From Laetmonice hystrix (taxonomy: Eukaryota), in contig OZ249436.1 of NCBI GenBank assembly GCA_965235115.1, positions 26,104,001-26,168,000 on the forward strand: a stretch of 64,000 nt of DNA, read 5' to 3'. The notes beneath the pieces were generated by a model that saw only the letters and a program-made list of their open reading frames with translations, was not told the origin of the DNA and did no database searches. Made by a program: the position numbers and the translations under genes. Shown here piece by piece: positions 26,757 to 40,568 of this stretch; within the stretch, counting starts at the first letter, position 1; each line of letters starts with the position of its first letter.

Positions 26757-29700
26757 TGATAATGCATGCTTTTAACTGCTCATATCTAAAAAGATATGTG
26801 AACATGAATGGGAAGTCGTATAAGATTTGTTTAGCACAAAATCTTTGCCTCAAATGTTGTTAAAAGGTCGGTCAAGATCATACATTTTTGCAATGGTTCA
26901 TATCTCTAGAACTGTCTGAGGGAAATAATTACAATAGAATAGATGTTGACAAACATTGGTGACGTAGGCGGCTAAGCCACCAATCGGAAACTTCAGTAAG
27001 GTTTCCGACAGGTGGCGGGACCGCCAATTTTCTTTGGTTTTTTTTGGCACTCAAGCTGCGCACGCATCATGTTGCTGACGTCACGTGCAAGGGGTCTTAA
27101 AAATACAAAATAAGAATTGTTCCTATAACCACAGCCGACAATCCCTGTCTACTAGGGAACGATGGCAAGGACTGGTTTTACTAACTCTGCCATGGAGCCC
27201 CGTCTACTGTCTTGTTCCAAAGGGTATGCGCTGTACTCAAACAAGTAACGTGTGCTTTTATTTGGTGGTTTGGTAGCTTCAACATCTATGGTGTGAGAGA
27301 AAGAAAGATCCAAAACCTGGCGACAATGAGTCGGGTGGTGTCCGATGATACCCCTGCATCAGAAGCAGATAATACAGGTTTTCCATTAATGAGAAAACCT
27401 GGGGGACCAGGTACCATGGTGTGAACGGGAGATCTTTGACAAATTGTTAAGAACCTGAATAAAGTGTCACTAGTTAGTATCTTCACTATCCTGTAATCCA
27501 AGCGTTTTATGTTTCGACGGCCGGGAAAAATGCGTTGTGCTTTTATGGGTGTCGGGACGACTTCTCTCTGCTTTTGAATGAATAATTTTGTATACAGACT
27601 GCGAAATATACAAGTTTATAATCTCATATCTGTGGCTTGGGTAAAGATAGGTCTACCGCGATGACATGTCCCATTATGGTGAATAAAACAGAAAAATTAG
27701 TAAAATCAATGACAATTCCGGTGAGAATCCGCCATTGTGGCATCCATCAAAATCCCGCTAAACAGTATAAACCGGTGCTCTGGTCCCTGCTAAATTGTAC
27801 AGCGTGCATCACGCTTTATTTGTAGACCATTTTTATAAAATAAGCGTTAATACCACCCAAAGGTCTAAACATCAAATGAAAAAAGGTAAAACAAGAATAT
27901 TATGCATCGCTACACCTGCGAGATCTGAATTAAACGCATACGGACGCCGCGGATGCCGAGCTTATGAATGATTCAGAATTAATTATGCGAAATAAACTTG
28001 GATTCTCTAGCTTTGAGACCCAACAAACTGATTATGTTTTCTTTACATGTTTACACACATGTATTGTTCTACGTGTTATCTCTCCTACTAAACCTTTTAG
28101 AACATGAATAAAGTAGGCCTATATATCCTGTTGAGCCTAACAACACTTTGGAATTAGCGCAGTCATGTAAAATGGACCCGATCTAGGTGTGTTTAGACTT
28201 GTAACCTGACCGCCCCCCCCCCGCCCGCCAATTGTATTCCCAAAGGAGGTAGGGAGAGGATGCTCACGACTAGCCATCTCGGATCTCCTAAACTCGAGCT
28301 TAGGGAAGTTAGGGAGCTTAGGGAAAGATGAATAGCACATCAGCACGTCTGTCATAATGTATTGCATTGAAGGAACCTTTTCGGAAAAATACGAATGCTG
28401 AAAAAAAACATTGCTGATTATTACCTAGAAGAGTGTATTAAACACTATCATTAGCTGTAATCCAATATATATACGTATGACAATAGTGCCCCCCCCCCCA
28501 AAAAAAAAACAAAAAAAAAACAAAAAAACAAAAAAAACTATTATTTAACCTTGGCACCAATGCAGTCCCGACTCTCATCGCCCCCTCCTTAACCAGGTTG
28601 CATTTCAGAATGTTCTCCTACGGTGTTTTGAAGCTCCGCCATTTCAAGTATATTTATTTGCAATATTTTTATTTGCATACTATTGAAACAACCTAAAACG
28701 TTCTCAAATGGTCCCAAAATGTGGTCGGCCTACAGGGATATTTTTATCAAATCTACAAGGCGGACATTTGAGATTTTGGACTTTTTCTAAAACAAAATTG
28801 GACCTTTTTTAAAGGGAGCCTCCGAGGTGGTTTGGACCTCCAGATATTTCACAAAACATCCAAAATTGTGGACCTTTTTTGTAAGCCACTGGGTCAGAGG
28901 TCCAGATATTTTACAAAAGATCCAAAGTTATGGACCTTTCTCTCGGGCGCATGGCTCAGAAGTCCATGATAGGCCCTATTTCACAAAGCATCCAAAATTG
29001 CGGACCTTTCTTTCCGACATATCCCTTCCAGATTCCAGACATTTTGGGGTTGTCAAAATTCAAGGGGGGGATGCCCCCTGCCCCCCCCCCCATAAAAATA
29101 TCTCTTGGCCTTGGTTCTACGTTTTTCTGCATACCCGACGGCCCAGTGCAAACAATTCTGCGGATTTTACCTATTTGTAGGCCTATTATACTGGGCTCAC
29201 CCTGGCGCAGCTCTCATGAACACAATAAAAGCGAAATCCCTATCGGTTACATGAGTATTTTTAGCATGTATGATCAGGCGTATTAGGTGCACAATGCTGG
29301 GCGAGAAATCTGACCATTATGATTTTTTGTACACTTGAAAAGCGTCTGAATAAAGATTTGACAACCCTCACTTAGGCCTGTAGGCCTAGGCCTACATCTT
29401 CAAAATCAAGATAGAATGCTATTTTTTTAAATACAGGTACTTCATCCTTCTTCTACCAGGCCCTGAGAAAAACTTTTCGCTACTTCAAATACCGACTGGT
29501 TGATTAACTGTCGACCGAGGCCTTAATTTCGGGTATTTTTGCGAAAAAAAAGCAGAAACCCGCATCTTGGCCGGGGCCTATTTTATTATCTTTTTCTCCA
29601 AAACGGGTCAAAATGTATAGATACAATCGATACCCACTAGTACTATCGATTTATTATACATTGAGACCATTTTCCCCCCTATTTTTGGATTTTTGACGTT

Positions 29701-30669
29701 TTACCGCAACTTCGGGTTAAATACCTCCTTCCAGTGCAACTCTTTAACAGCATCTGGGCGGGCCAGAAAATTGAAATAGTCGATTTCCTTATTTACGCAT
29801 GAGTTTATTTAATTCTTTGTGTACACCTTCTCTGTCGCCTAAAAACACGGTCTGTGGTGTTTTTTTCCTCGTTTAAAATTGCGCGGGGCACAGAAACCCC
29901 GATTAGTCACCCTGGGGTGCGTTTCTGTAAGGAAAGATGTCTTTGCGCAAAGAGTCTTTCAAAAGAGTCTTTTCGAAACCAGTGTTAAATAATAAAGTGT
30001 TATAGAAACACCACGTCGCCGCAAAGACTCTTTGGGTTCAGCGAGGGTCTCAAAGAGTCTTTTGGGATTTATACGGAAACGCACCCCAGGCCCCTAAGCG
30101 CTTGTGCTGCCACCTATCGTTAAACGTGCGTACCCGTCATGTAAACAGAGGCGGCAGGTGCGGCGGTGACCCCAATTAATTGTCTTTTAATTAATCGCTG
30201 ACCTTGCCCATCAGAGTTTTTAATATTAATTAGGATGGCCTTTCTGTAACTTCTTAAATGTAAATGGACCCATCGCTCCTATATCATCCTACCGATCAGG
30301 ACCGTGATTCACCTCACTTCGTCGGTACGGCTGGCGGCGGTTGACAGCCGCACTCAGCCGCCCGCCGGGACAAGCCGGAGGGGCCCAGTCGTAATCCTGA
30401 GAAGGGGGAGGGCGGGGGGGGGGGGGCAGTTTCTCACCCATTGTAACTCCAGTTTTTAAAACACATTCCGGATGCCCCTCCCCCTTTCAGGCTTTGACTC
30501 CCTCCCACCCCGTAGCACGGGGTGGGAGGGATTTATGGGCTATAGGCTTACTCTATACTGTCTATGGCTTAGGCCTATCTATAGTGGCTGGTCAACAGTC
30601 TGCGCAGAGTTATAGGGACACGGTGGGGGGTCACGCATTGTAACCCTGGGCAGCTTTTTTACAGATTCT
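26570..30669 (+). repeat. Tandem segmental duplication, copy A
   Basis: Near-identical to 30668-35168 along its length. Confidence 0.9.
29912..30089. mobile_element. Harbinger-like MITE (GGGGTGCGTTTC...GAAACGCACCCC); duplicate at ~34396-34573
   Basis: Inverted termini and internal AAAGAGTCTTT repeats. Confidence 0.65.
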
Positions 30670-33600
30670 CACTCACTCATTCGCCACCATATTGAATGGC
30701 GTCCCTGGCCACATGCAGTGACCACGCTCAAACCGTGGGTCGCTGTGGTCTGGTAAGTATGACGTCATATCGACTAAACTAGGTCAACAAATTGCACTTT
30801 CGATTGGAACTAGAGCGACCATTGCGACTACGGTCGCCCAACCGAAAGTGACCCTGATAATGCATGCTTTTAACTGCTCATATCTAAAAAGATATGTGAA
30901 CATGAATGGGAAGTCGTATAAGATTTGTTTAGCACAAAATCTTTGCCTCAAATGTTGTTAAAAGGTCGGTCAAGATCATACATTTTTGCAATGGTTCATA
31001 TCTCTAGAACTGTCTGAGGGAAATAATTACAATAGAATAGATGTTGACAAACATTGGTGACGTAGGCGGCTAAGCCACCAATCGGAAACTTCAGTAAGGT
31101 TTCCGACAGGTGGCGGGACCGCCAATTTTCTTTGTTTTTTTGCACCCAAGCTGCGCACGCATCATGTTGCTGACGTCACGTGCAAGGGGTCTTAAAAATA
31201 CAAAATAAGAATTGTTCCTATAACCACAGCCGACAATCCCTGTCTACTAGGGAACGATGGCAAGGACTGGTTTTACTAACTCTGCCATGGAGCCCCGTCT
31301 ACTGTCTTGTTCCAAAGGGTATGCGCTGTACTCAACCAAGTAACGTGTGCATTTATTTGGTGGTTTGGTAGCCTCAACATCTATGGTGTGAGAGAAAGAA
31401 AGATCCAAAACCTGGCGACAATGAGTCGGGTGGTGTCCGATGATACCCCTGCATCAGAAGCAGATAATACAGGTTTTCCATTAATGAGAAAACCTGGGGG
31501 ACCAGGTACCATGGTGTGAACGGGAGATCTTTGACAAATTGTTAAGAACCTGAATAAAGTGTCACTAGTTAGTATCTTCACTATCCTGTAATCCAGGCGT
31601 TTTATGTTTCGACGGCCGGGAAAAATGCGTTGTGCTTTTATGGGTGTCGGGACGACTTCTCTCTGCTTTTGAATGAATAATTTTGCACAGACTGCGAAAT
31701 GTACAAGTTTATAATCTCATATCTGTGGCTTGGGTAAAGCTAGGCATCCATAGGTCTACCGCGATGACATGTCCCATTATGGTGAATAAAACAGAAAAAT
31801 TAGTAAAATCAATGACAATTCCGGTGAGAATCCGCCATTGTGGCATCCATCAAAATCCCGCTAAACAGTATAAACCGGTGCTCTGGTCCCTGCTAAATTG
31901 TACAGCGTGCATCACGCTTTATTTGTAGACCATTTTTATAAAATAAGCGTTAATACCACCCAAAGGTCTAAACATCAAATGAAAAAAGGTAAAACAAGAA
32001 TATTATGCATCGCTACACCTGCGAGATCTGAATTATACGCATTACGCATATGGACATACGGACGCCGCGGATGCCGAGCTTATGAATGATTCAGAATTAA
32101 TTATGCGAAATAAACTTGGATTCTCTAGCTTTGAGACCCAATAAACTGATTATGTTTTCTTTACATGTTTACACACATGTATTGTTCTACGTGTTATCTC
32201 TCCTACTAAACCTTTTAGAACATGAATAAAGTAGGCCTATATATCCTGTTGAGCCTAACAACACTTTGGAATTAGCGCAGTCATGTAAAATGGACCCGAT
32301 CTAGGTGTGTTTAGACTTGTAACCTGACCGCCCCCCCCCCCCCCCGCCCGCCAATTGTATTCCCAAAGGAGGTAGGGAGAGGATGCTCACGACTAGCCAT
32401 CTCGGATCTCCTAAACTCGAGCTTAGGGAAGTTAGGGAGCTTAGGGAAAGATGAATAGCACATCAGCACGTCTGTCATAATGTATTGCATTGAAGGAACC
32501 TTTTCGGAAAAATACGAATGCTGAAAAAAAACATTGCTGATTACCTAGAAGAGTGTATTAAACACTATCATTAGCTGTAATCCAATATATCGGGTGGATA
32601 AAAAAAAACGCCCCGAACTTTAAACTTCAATATTTCAGAAAGTAATGATTGTAATTCAATGAAATTTTTCGTAATATCACTTCATGATGTTGTCTCTTAG
32701 TTGTTAATGTTACAACTCAACAGCTTGGATAATATTTCCGTGGGGCTAAAAACAAAAATCATTGTACAAAAACGCAATGCCGGGCTAAAGCGAGTTGTAG
32801 TCGCACCCAGAGTGCCTAGCCTCACACTAGAGTAGGTGGTCAATCGGTCCCCCGTTTTCACTCCATACTGCTCTCAGTCTCTTTTTCCATGAGCCAATGC
32901 ACTTCCTGATCTCTGATAGGGAAATATCTTCCCAACATTGGGAAATACGCAACGTTTTGAATGTGTTGCTAAACGTGAAAATGATACGATTTCACTTGAA
33001 CTTCTCATTACAGTCATATCATCCTAATGTTGCAGTTTCTGTGTAGGGTTTGGCACATTAAACATCTGTTTTTCTCTAAAAGTACTAGGAATAGCACATA
33101 TTTTATTATATCTAGTGGTCCACAACATGATACATATTGTAAAACACGCAAAAACTAAATATTGAATTTTTTTTTACCCAAGGTACAATGCGGTGCATCA
33201 AAAAGGTGTCAAATTGGACACCTGGCAGCTGCATGATATTTGACCTAATTCCGGCATTGCATTTTTAGACATTGATTTTTGTTCTGAGCGCCACTGGAAT
33301 AATATCTAAGCTATTGTGCTGAAACTTTAACATACCAGAGATAATATCATGAAGTAATATTAAGATAAATTTTATTGAATTATACTGCATAGTTCTTGAA
33401 ATATTAAAGTTTAAAGTTCGGGGCGTTTTTTTTTATCCACCCGATATATACGTATGACAATAGTGTCCCCCCCCCCCCCAAAAAAAAAACCTATTATTTA
33501 ACCTTGGCACCAATGCAGTCCGACTCTCATCGCCCCCTCCTTAACCAGGTTGCATTTCAGAATGTTCTCCTACGGTGTTTTGAAGCTCCGCCATTTCAAG

Positions 33601-35168
33601 TATATTTATTTGCAATATTTTTATTTGCATACTATTGAAACAACCTAAAACGTTCTCAAATGGTCCCAAAATGTGGTAGGCCTACAGGGATATTTTTATC
33701 AAATCTACAAGGCGGACATTTGAGATTTTGGACTTTTTCTAAAACAAAATTGGACCTTTTTTAAAGGGAGCCCCCGAGGTGGTTTGGACCTCCAGATATT
33801 TCACAAAAGATCCAAAATTGTGGACCTTTTTGTAAGCCACTGGGTCAGAGGTCCAGATATTTTACAAAAGATCCAAAGTTATGGACCTTTCTCTCTGGCG
33901 CATGGCTCAGAAGTCCATGATAGGCCCTATTTCACAAAGCATCCAAAATTGCGGACCTTTCTTTCCGACATATCCCTTCCAGATTCCAGACATTAATTCC
34001 AGGCCTTAATTTCGGGTATTTTTGCGAAAAAAAACCAGAAACCCGCATCTTGGCCGGGGCCTATTTTATTATCTTTTTCTCCAAAACTGGTCAAAATGTA
34101 TAGATACAATCGATACCCACTAGTACTATCGATTTATTATACATGGAGACCATTTTCCCCCCTATTTTTGGATTTTTGACGTTTTACCGCAACTTCGGGT
34201 TAAATACCTCCTTCCAGTGCAACTCTTTAACAGCATCTGGGCGGGCCAGAAAATTGAAATAGTCGATTTCCTTATTTACGCATGAATTTATTTAATTCTT
34301 TGCGTACACCTTCTCTGTCGCCTAAAAACACGGTCTGTGGTGTTTTTTTTCCTCGTTTAAAATTGCGCGGGGCACAGAAACCCCGATTAGTCACCCTGGG
34401 GTGCGTTTCTGTAAGGAAAGATGTCTTTGCGCAAAGAGTCTTTCAAAAGAGTCTTTTCGAAACCAGTGTTAAATAATAAAGTGTTATAGAAACACCACGT
34501 CGCCGCAAAGACTCTTTGGGTTCAGCGAGGGTCTCAAAGAGTCTTTTGGGATTTATACGGAAACGCACCCCAGGCCCCTAAGCGCTTGTGCTGCCACCTA
34601 TCGTTAAACGTGCGTACCCGTCATGTAAACAGAGGCGGCAGGTGCGGCGGTGACCCCAATTAATTGTCTTTTAATTAATCGCTGACCTTTCCCATCAGAG
34701 TTTTTAATATTAATTAGGATATATGGCCTTTCTGTAACTTCTTAAATGTAAATGGACCCATCGCTCCTATCATCCTACCGATCAGGACCGTGATTCACCT
34801 CACTTCGTCGGTACGGCTGGCGGCGGTTGACAGCCGCACTCAGCCGCCCGCCGGGACAAGCCGGAGGGGCCCAGTCGTAATCCTGAGAAGGGGGAGGGCG
34901 GGGGGGGGGGGGCAGTTTCTCACCCATTGTAACTCCAGTTTTTAAAACACATTCCGGATGCCCCTCCCCCTTTCAGGCTTTGACTCCCTCCCACCCCGTA
35001 GCACGGGGTGGGAGGGATTTATGGGCTATACTCTACTGTCTATAGGGAGGGATTTAAAGGTCTATAGGCCTACTTATCTATAGTGGCTGGTCAACAGTCT
35101 GCGCAGAGTTATAGGGGCACGGTGGGGGGTCACGCATTGTAACCCTGGGCAGCCTTTTTACAGATTCT
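30668..35168 (+). repeat. Tandem segmental duplication, copy B (extra MITE; lacks 29044-29517 of copy A)
   Basis: Junction ...ACAGATTCT|CACTCACTCATTCGCC with CT microhomology. Confidence 0.9.
32588..33446 (-). mobile_element. Tc1/mariner-like MITE copy 2 (~859 bp, opposite orientation)
   Basis: Same TIRs as copy 1; absent at the paralogous site 28461-28480. Confidence 0.9.
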
Positions 35169-36362
35169 AGATCCACATCGAACAAGATTTACTGAAGGCC
35201 GTAGATAAAGTACAGTTTCAGGCGTCGACCCCAACCCCCCACCCCCCGGGTGGTGGTGGTGGTGGTGGTGGTGGGGGGGGGGGGGCACGCATTGTAACCC
35301 TGGGCAGCTTTTTCAAATACGGATTCTAGATTCACAAGGAACAAGATTTACCCGGTACTGAAGGCCGTACAGTACAGCAGGCCTATTAAACAGCGGAGGG
35401 GGGGGGGGGGGGGGGGGCGTTCTATGCTAAGTTCTATGCTGTGGCTGGTCCAATAAGGCAAGTTTTCAAAAGTTAATGGAAAATAGATTACACCAAGAAT
35501 GTAGGCGCCATATAGGGTCTCAATGTCATGTCATAATCAAAACCTCGTTAGAATTTCTTCAAATTTGCTACATGTTGGCCCATGTAATATCTGTTTCTAA
35601 TATGTTACTAAATTTATGAGGTCAAACAGGCCTACTTGTTAGGCCTTCATTGGAAATATTTATGGAGGATTATAACTACCATAAGGTTTTCCTCGAGAAT
35701 TTCACCTTTGGGGGTTGGGAGGAGGGGGAGTTGAAAAATGTTCGTCTCATCACCCTAGAGTTAAATATAAAGAAAGTTTTGGGCTTGGGAGGAACTAACT
35801 TTTGGATGAGCCTAACACCCCATACACGTCACACTAACGCGATCTTTCACAGAACAACTCAAGACAGGTGTCGTAATAGGGATGCTTCACAATAATTATT
35901 TATTCTTCTCGGGATGCTTCACAAATATTTAATTTGTTCTTCTACATCACTTTGGGATCGTCCTTAACGATGACACACGGATACATTAAATCTTCAATTT
36001 TAAAGTGGCATGAAAAACTCTCCAGATACTTACCTTTCAACCCTAGGGATACCATGTTAAAATTTCAGGTTCGAACCATAAGCCAAAGTATGTCAAAAGA
36101 GGAAGGGAAAAATATGTCTGGGCGGCTTTCCTCCATAAACCATGCCAAAATGAGGTAAAGAAATTACTCATTAGGCCTACTTTATTGAGAGGGGGAAACT
36201 GTTACTTACAGTATACTGACAAATGGAGTAAATCTTTACTGAGTACAGTACTGATAAAAATAATGACAATACCACCATTGTAAAACAGAGAGAAAAAAAG
36301 TCTAACTGGGTCCCTATCCACCTATTAATGTTTTAACCTTGCCTTTTACAGGATCAGGCCAG

Positions 36363-36706
36363 TGTCACCGTTATGATTGTTGGTTTTCCCAAACGTTCGT
36401 AACGATAACTAGTTGGTTGCTGTGTTGACGATGGTTTACTATTCTCCTTCTGTACTGGTACAATATGGCAAATGGTAGAGCAATTGGGATTCCAGCGGAC
36501 TCTATTCCAAGTTGCTAGCTGACTGACAGTGGTTGTCCAACAGTGGTTTACCAACTTCCCAACTGATTGCCAACTCAAACTTAACTTGACTCTTATATAG
36601 TCCAGAGCTAGATAACATTACATAGAGAGACAGTCCTAACAATAAACAATACATTACAACAATACGGATTAAAGTTAAACATAGAAAGCTGACTGTCATC
36701 ATTACA
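36363..36706 (-). mobile_element. Possible isolated LTR
   Basis: Minus strand TGTAATG...GTGACA with internal TATATAA and AGTAAA, followed by C-TGG. No matching TSD. Confidence 0.3.
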
Positions 36707-37434
36707 AGTATGGGTGGAGCCAGAAGGCATTCACACCCTTAACAGTTCAAAGGTGTCCGCCTGGCCAGACGTGGCCAGGGGTTAGCGGCTTTATCACAGA
36801 CACTAATCCGTCCATATGGGCTTGTTAACAAACAGAAGATGAAAGAACATACAATAAGAAAACACATGACTTATCAGAAACATAAATATATACATCCTGT
36901 AGATATGAAATATAATTATGTGAGGATCTATCCGTAACACCAGACGTACTGACATGACGACACAGCATTATTATTTGTCACCCACTCACTCAACCTCTTC
37001 ATCAATCAATCAACCACCGAAACACCAACTTTCATTGTTCTATTCCGTTTTGTGTTGCCATGGCATAGGTTACGCAAATACATGTCTGCGAATTTCCTGA
37101 AGGGGTGGGGCATCACTGTTAAAGATTTTAAGGAGCAGCTCGCATCTAAGACGGTGATGTTGTGTTACAAATCTTGTCCTGATGGTCCTTTCCATATTAA
37201 TGGATGTCCTTCCTTTCTCCTGGTCTGGCTGAGATTACTCTCTAGCGCGTGATGCAAACCTAAAATAATAACATACAAATGAAAAATCAGTAATTAACAC
37301 ATAAAATAACACTCATTACCTATAATGAAAGGTTGTGAATACAAACAATTAGAAAAGAGAATGCAACCATCAAAAGTTACTGACCAAAAAGTATAGGTAA
37401 TTAGGCTATTCTAGGTAAACATTCCTGCCTGTAA

Positions 37435-38074
37435 AGCCTGAACCCACTATGCGATTTCTGGTTGCAACACCAGTGCAGAGCCTGTCGCAAGCCTTGAGAC
37501 TCAGGGACCCAAACCCACTTTGCGACCAACTCTTGCTATCAGCGTCCCAGGCTTTGCAACTGAAAGCCTACGTACGGACGTATTTTGGTCACATGATATC
37601 ACTGCTCGCCATTTGATTGGTCATTGCCTAGCGACTGATGCTTGCAATACCAATTGCAAGCCTTACGATTGATGTCGCAAAGTGGGTTCCCTTGTTGCAA
37701 ACCTTGCAACTCAGCCCTTGCTCGCAAGAATTGAGTCACATGGCTTGCGATAATACCAAACATGTTTGATATTTCCCCCTCTTGTCGCAAGGCTTGCGAC
37801 CAACGCCAGACTCGTCGCCAGGCAATGACCAATCAGATGGGGAGCAATGACATCATTTGACCAAAATACGTCCGTATGTAGGCCTAGTATATGACGCAAT
37901 AAAGGGCTTTCAGTTGCAAAGCCTGGGACGCTGATAGCAAGAATTGATCGCAAAGTGGGTTCGGGTCCCTGAGTCTCAAGGCTTGCGACAGGCTCGTCGC
38001 AAGCCTTGCGACGAGCTGCGTCGCCATGCTTGCAACGGGTGTTGCAACCAGAAATCGCATAGTGGGTTCAGGGC
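37435..38074. mobile_element. Harbinger-like MITE copy 2
   Basis: Same TIRs as 25560-26023; long inverted arms. Confidence 0.8.
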
Positions 38075-39210
38075 TTAACCCTGATCACAATCTTTTAGCT
38101 TTGTTTACTCACTGGCTTCACACAAGGGTGATTTACTTGTCGCATTTTGTTACAATCAAAGAAACATCCAATAATTCCATGGAAGTATCTATTTTCATGG
38201 TTTATGTACACATTTTGTCATTTTCTTGACGGATTATTGGCCTGTCATACCGAAAGTAGGCTGTGCAGTGTCACTAGGCACTTGCTCCTTCAAACGCCTG
38301 ACCAGTAATGAAGGTCATGATTAAGATTGTCCATACAACACATTATCATGCAGTGTTTCCAGATGGACGAACGGACGTTCATATAGGCCCAAGTGGGTAG
38401 GCCTATGTGTTTACAAGAGATCCAAGTGATCAAACGAATCTCATGCTTGAAAAGGATATGGTACTTGTATTAAAGATCTGTAGAAAACTGTTTATAACTA
38501 CAACAATTTATCGAGTCCTCCAATTTGGTTAGCAGAAATACCTTTACTGGTATACTACTGAAGAGGCGAATGGGGGTTTTAGAAAGCGGGAAGGGATTTA
38601 TCCTCGATTCATGACTACCGGACTGCTTTTATGAATTTTGACTTTTGAGGCTTATAACGCTCTGCGTAGCCTGGTTGGTCCCCGGTGCCTACCCGTGGGG
38701 AGCATTCGGGAACCCTCGGAAAAGTCCGCATGATCTGCCATCTGTCGAGGTAGCGCCGAGTGCCGTGGGGAGGTGTGTGTGTGTGAGGGGGGGGGGCAAT
38801 CCCACGAACAGCACCCAGACCAGCAGTGGGGGGGGGGGGGGGGGGGGCACTCCCAAGATTTAAAGGGAGTCGTGTCCCGGCATGAACAGCACCTAGAAGG
38901 CCTGCAACCCCCTGCAAAGGGGCCTGCAACCCCACCTCCACACTCCTTGGGTGGTGACCCAAGGAGTGTGGAGGTGGGGGTTGCATGGTGGGGGGGGGGG
39001 GAGTCCCACGCGCAGCACCTAGAAGGGGAGGGAGGGGGCCGGTGTGGCGGTCCGGACCGGCCGGCGTGCCAGACGGGCCGGTTCCGGTAAGTGCTCATGC
39101 GCCGAAACGAAGCCACTACACCCTGCCCTTCTGGCACGTTGTAGGCCTATGTAAGTGCCAGAAGGGCCGGGCAGTCTGAAAGTACCGTGCCACAAGGGCC
39201 AGTGGTTTAA

Positions 39211-39551
39211 AGGTGCTATTCGTGAAAAAAAAAGTTCAATTTTTTATTTTTAATTTTGTTGACGTTTATGTGATCCCACCTATCATGGAAATAGATTTAC
39301 AACAAAGGAAATCAGAATTTTTCATGGATAACGGCACAAATGGGGCTCTCTCAGAAGGCCTGTGGAGACCCTGACACGCCCCACCATAGCAAATGGCTCT
39401 ATCTCGGTGCGCACCGAGATAGGTTTCAAATGCTGCACACAAACTAATAGAAGGTTTATCAGGCCAATGGTATCGGCAGGAATTTTTTCTAGTACTATGT
39501 GCACAATGTATGATAGGAGAAATGCCATTCTGTGCGAGACGAATAGCACCT
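39211..39551. mobile_element. Kolobok-like MITE
   Basis: Perfect 13-bp TIR AGGTGCTATTCGT with TTAA on both sides. Confidence 0.8.
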
Positions 39552-40216
39552 TTAAAAGTTTTAGGTCTGAAAGTAGGTCTAGGTCGATATTTATGCATGC
39601 CTTCAGCGCTCCTAATCTCCTAATGTGGGGCTTTGTCCGCAACATTGTCGACCATTGGGGTGGATGTATGAGCCACAGAGATGGGCATCTCCGAAGTGGT
39701 CAAGTGCTACACACAGTCATAGCCTAGAACCACCCCTTCTTGAGCTGTTATAAGTTCATCCACTTTCTCTTCAGGGTTTCCTCTTTTGGTATAGAGAAAA
39801 GAGACACTCCATCTGGACATGACTGGCTACAATACTTCAGACAACTCGCTTCACCATTTTCTCTTGACATTCTTGTCGGCATGTAAGCCGGTGTCTTCAC
39901 TGCGCTATCATGGTTGTCATAGGCTGATAGCGCGAGGCATGGCTTGGGTTTATCTGGGTCATCCCATTACCAGTTTGTGACTCATATAATGATATGCAGT
40001 GTTAATGGACCTAGATCGGGCCGTTTGGGAAAGGGGTGAGGAATGCCACTTAGAGTGTCCCTATAAAATATGTTTTCTTTGTAAACCGGCACTTATATTC
40101 AGGAATTGGGCTCGAAACTATTCTATTTCAATGATATTTAATGGAAACAACTTAAAATTATTATGACCCCCCCCCCTCTTTAAATGTATAACTTCTTCAT
40201 ATACGATTATGGGCCT

Positions 40217-40414
40217 TGTCGTGGACTGTACTGGACGGTGCTGCCCCCTAGCGGGAAAACGAGGTATCACCATTATGTAAATCTCCTCGGGTGGAGGACA
40301 AAAAACGAAATAAAACGGTCGTCGCCATATTGAATCGTACTCTACACGTTTCCAGTATTTGTGTGTTAGCAAATCTCATTTTGCTGTCGTGTTAAACGAC
40401 CGGGGAACACGGCA
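40217..40414 (+). repeat. 5' LTR (198 bp)
   Basis: TGTCGTG...CACGGCA termini, internal AATAAA, directly followed by the PBS. Confidence 0.75.
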
Positions 40415-40415
40415 T

Positions 40416-40433
40416 TGGTGCCCAGACCCGGGA
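40416..40433 (+). promoter_or_regulatory. Primer-binding site, tRNA-Phe-like
   Basis: TGGTGCCCAGACCCGGGA versus the canonical tRNA-Phe complement TGGTGCCGAAACCCGGGA (16/18). Confidence 0.7.
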
Positions 40434-40568
40434 AACGGTGTAGAGACAATAAGTGGACAGTAACTGGGACAAAATTCGGTGTCTGAAGGCTGTGTGGGGC
40501 GATCGACTCAGCCGAAGCTGTTAGCGGCAGCAGCGAGCACGTGGGACGGTAACACGTTATTATAGAGA

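Noticed and set aside
27286..27825. Weak YqaJ-like (GFLINGKPVLSAS) and GPCR-like (VIAVD) peptide snippets in the duplicated segment
   Set aside because: No further motifs, stops in frame, no consistent exon structure; probably chance.
36069..36154. Alternative first exon for MED9 (AG...GT flanked, phase-2 donor)
   Set aside because: No MED9 similarity; the FLPL-containing exon is at 55445-55497.
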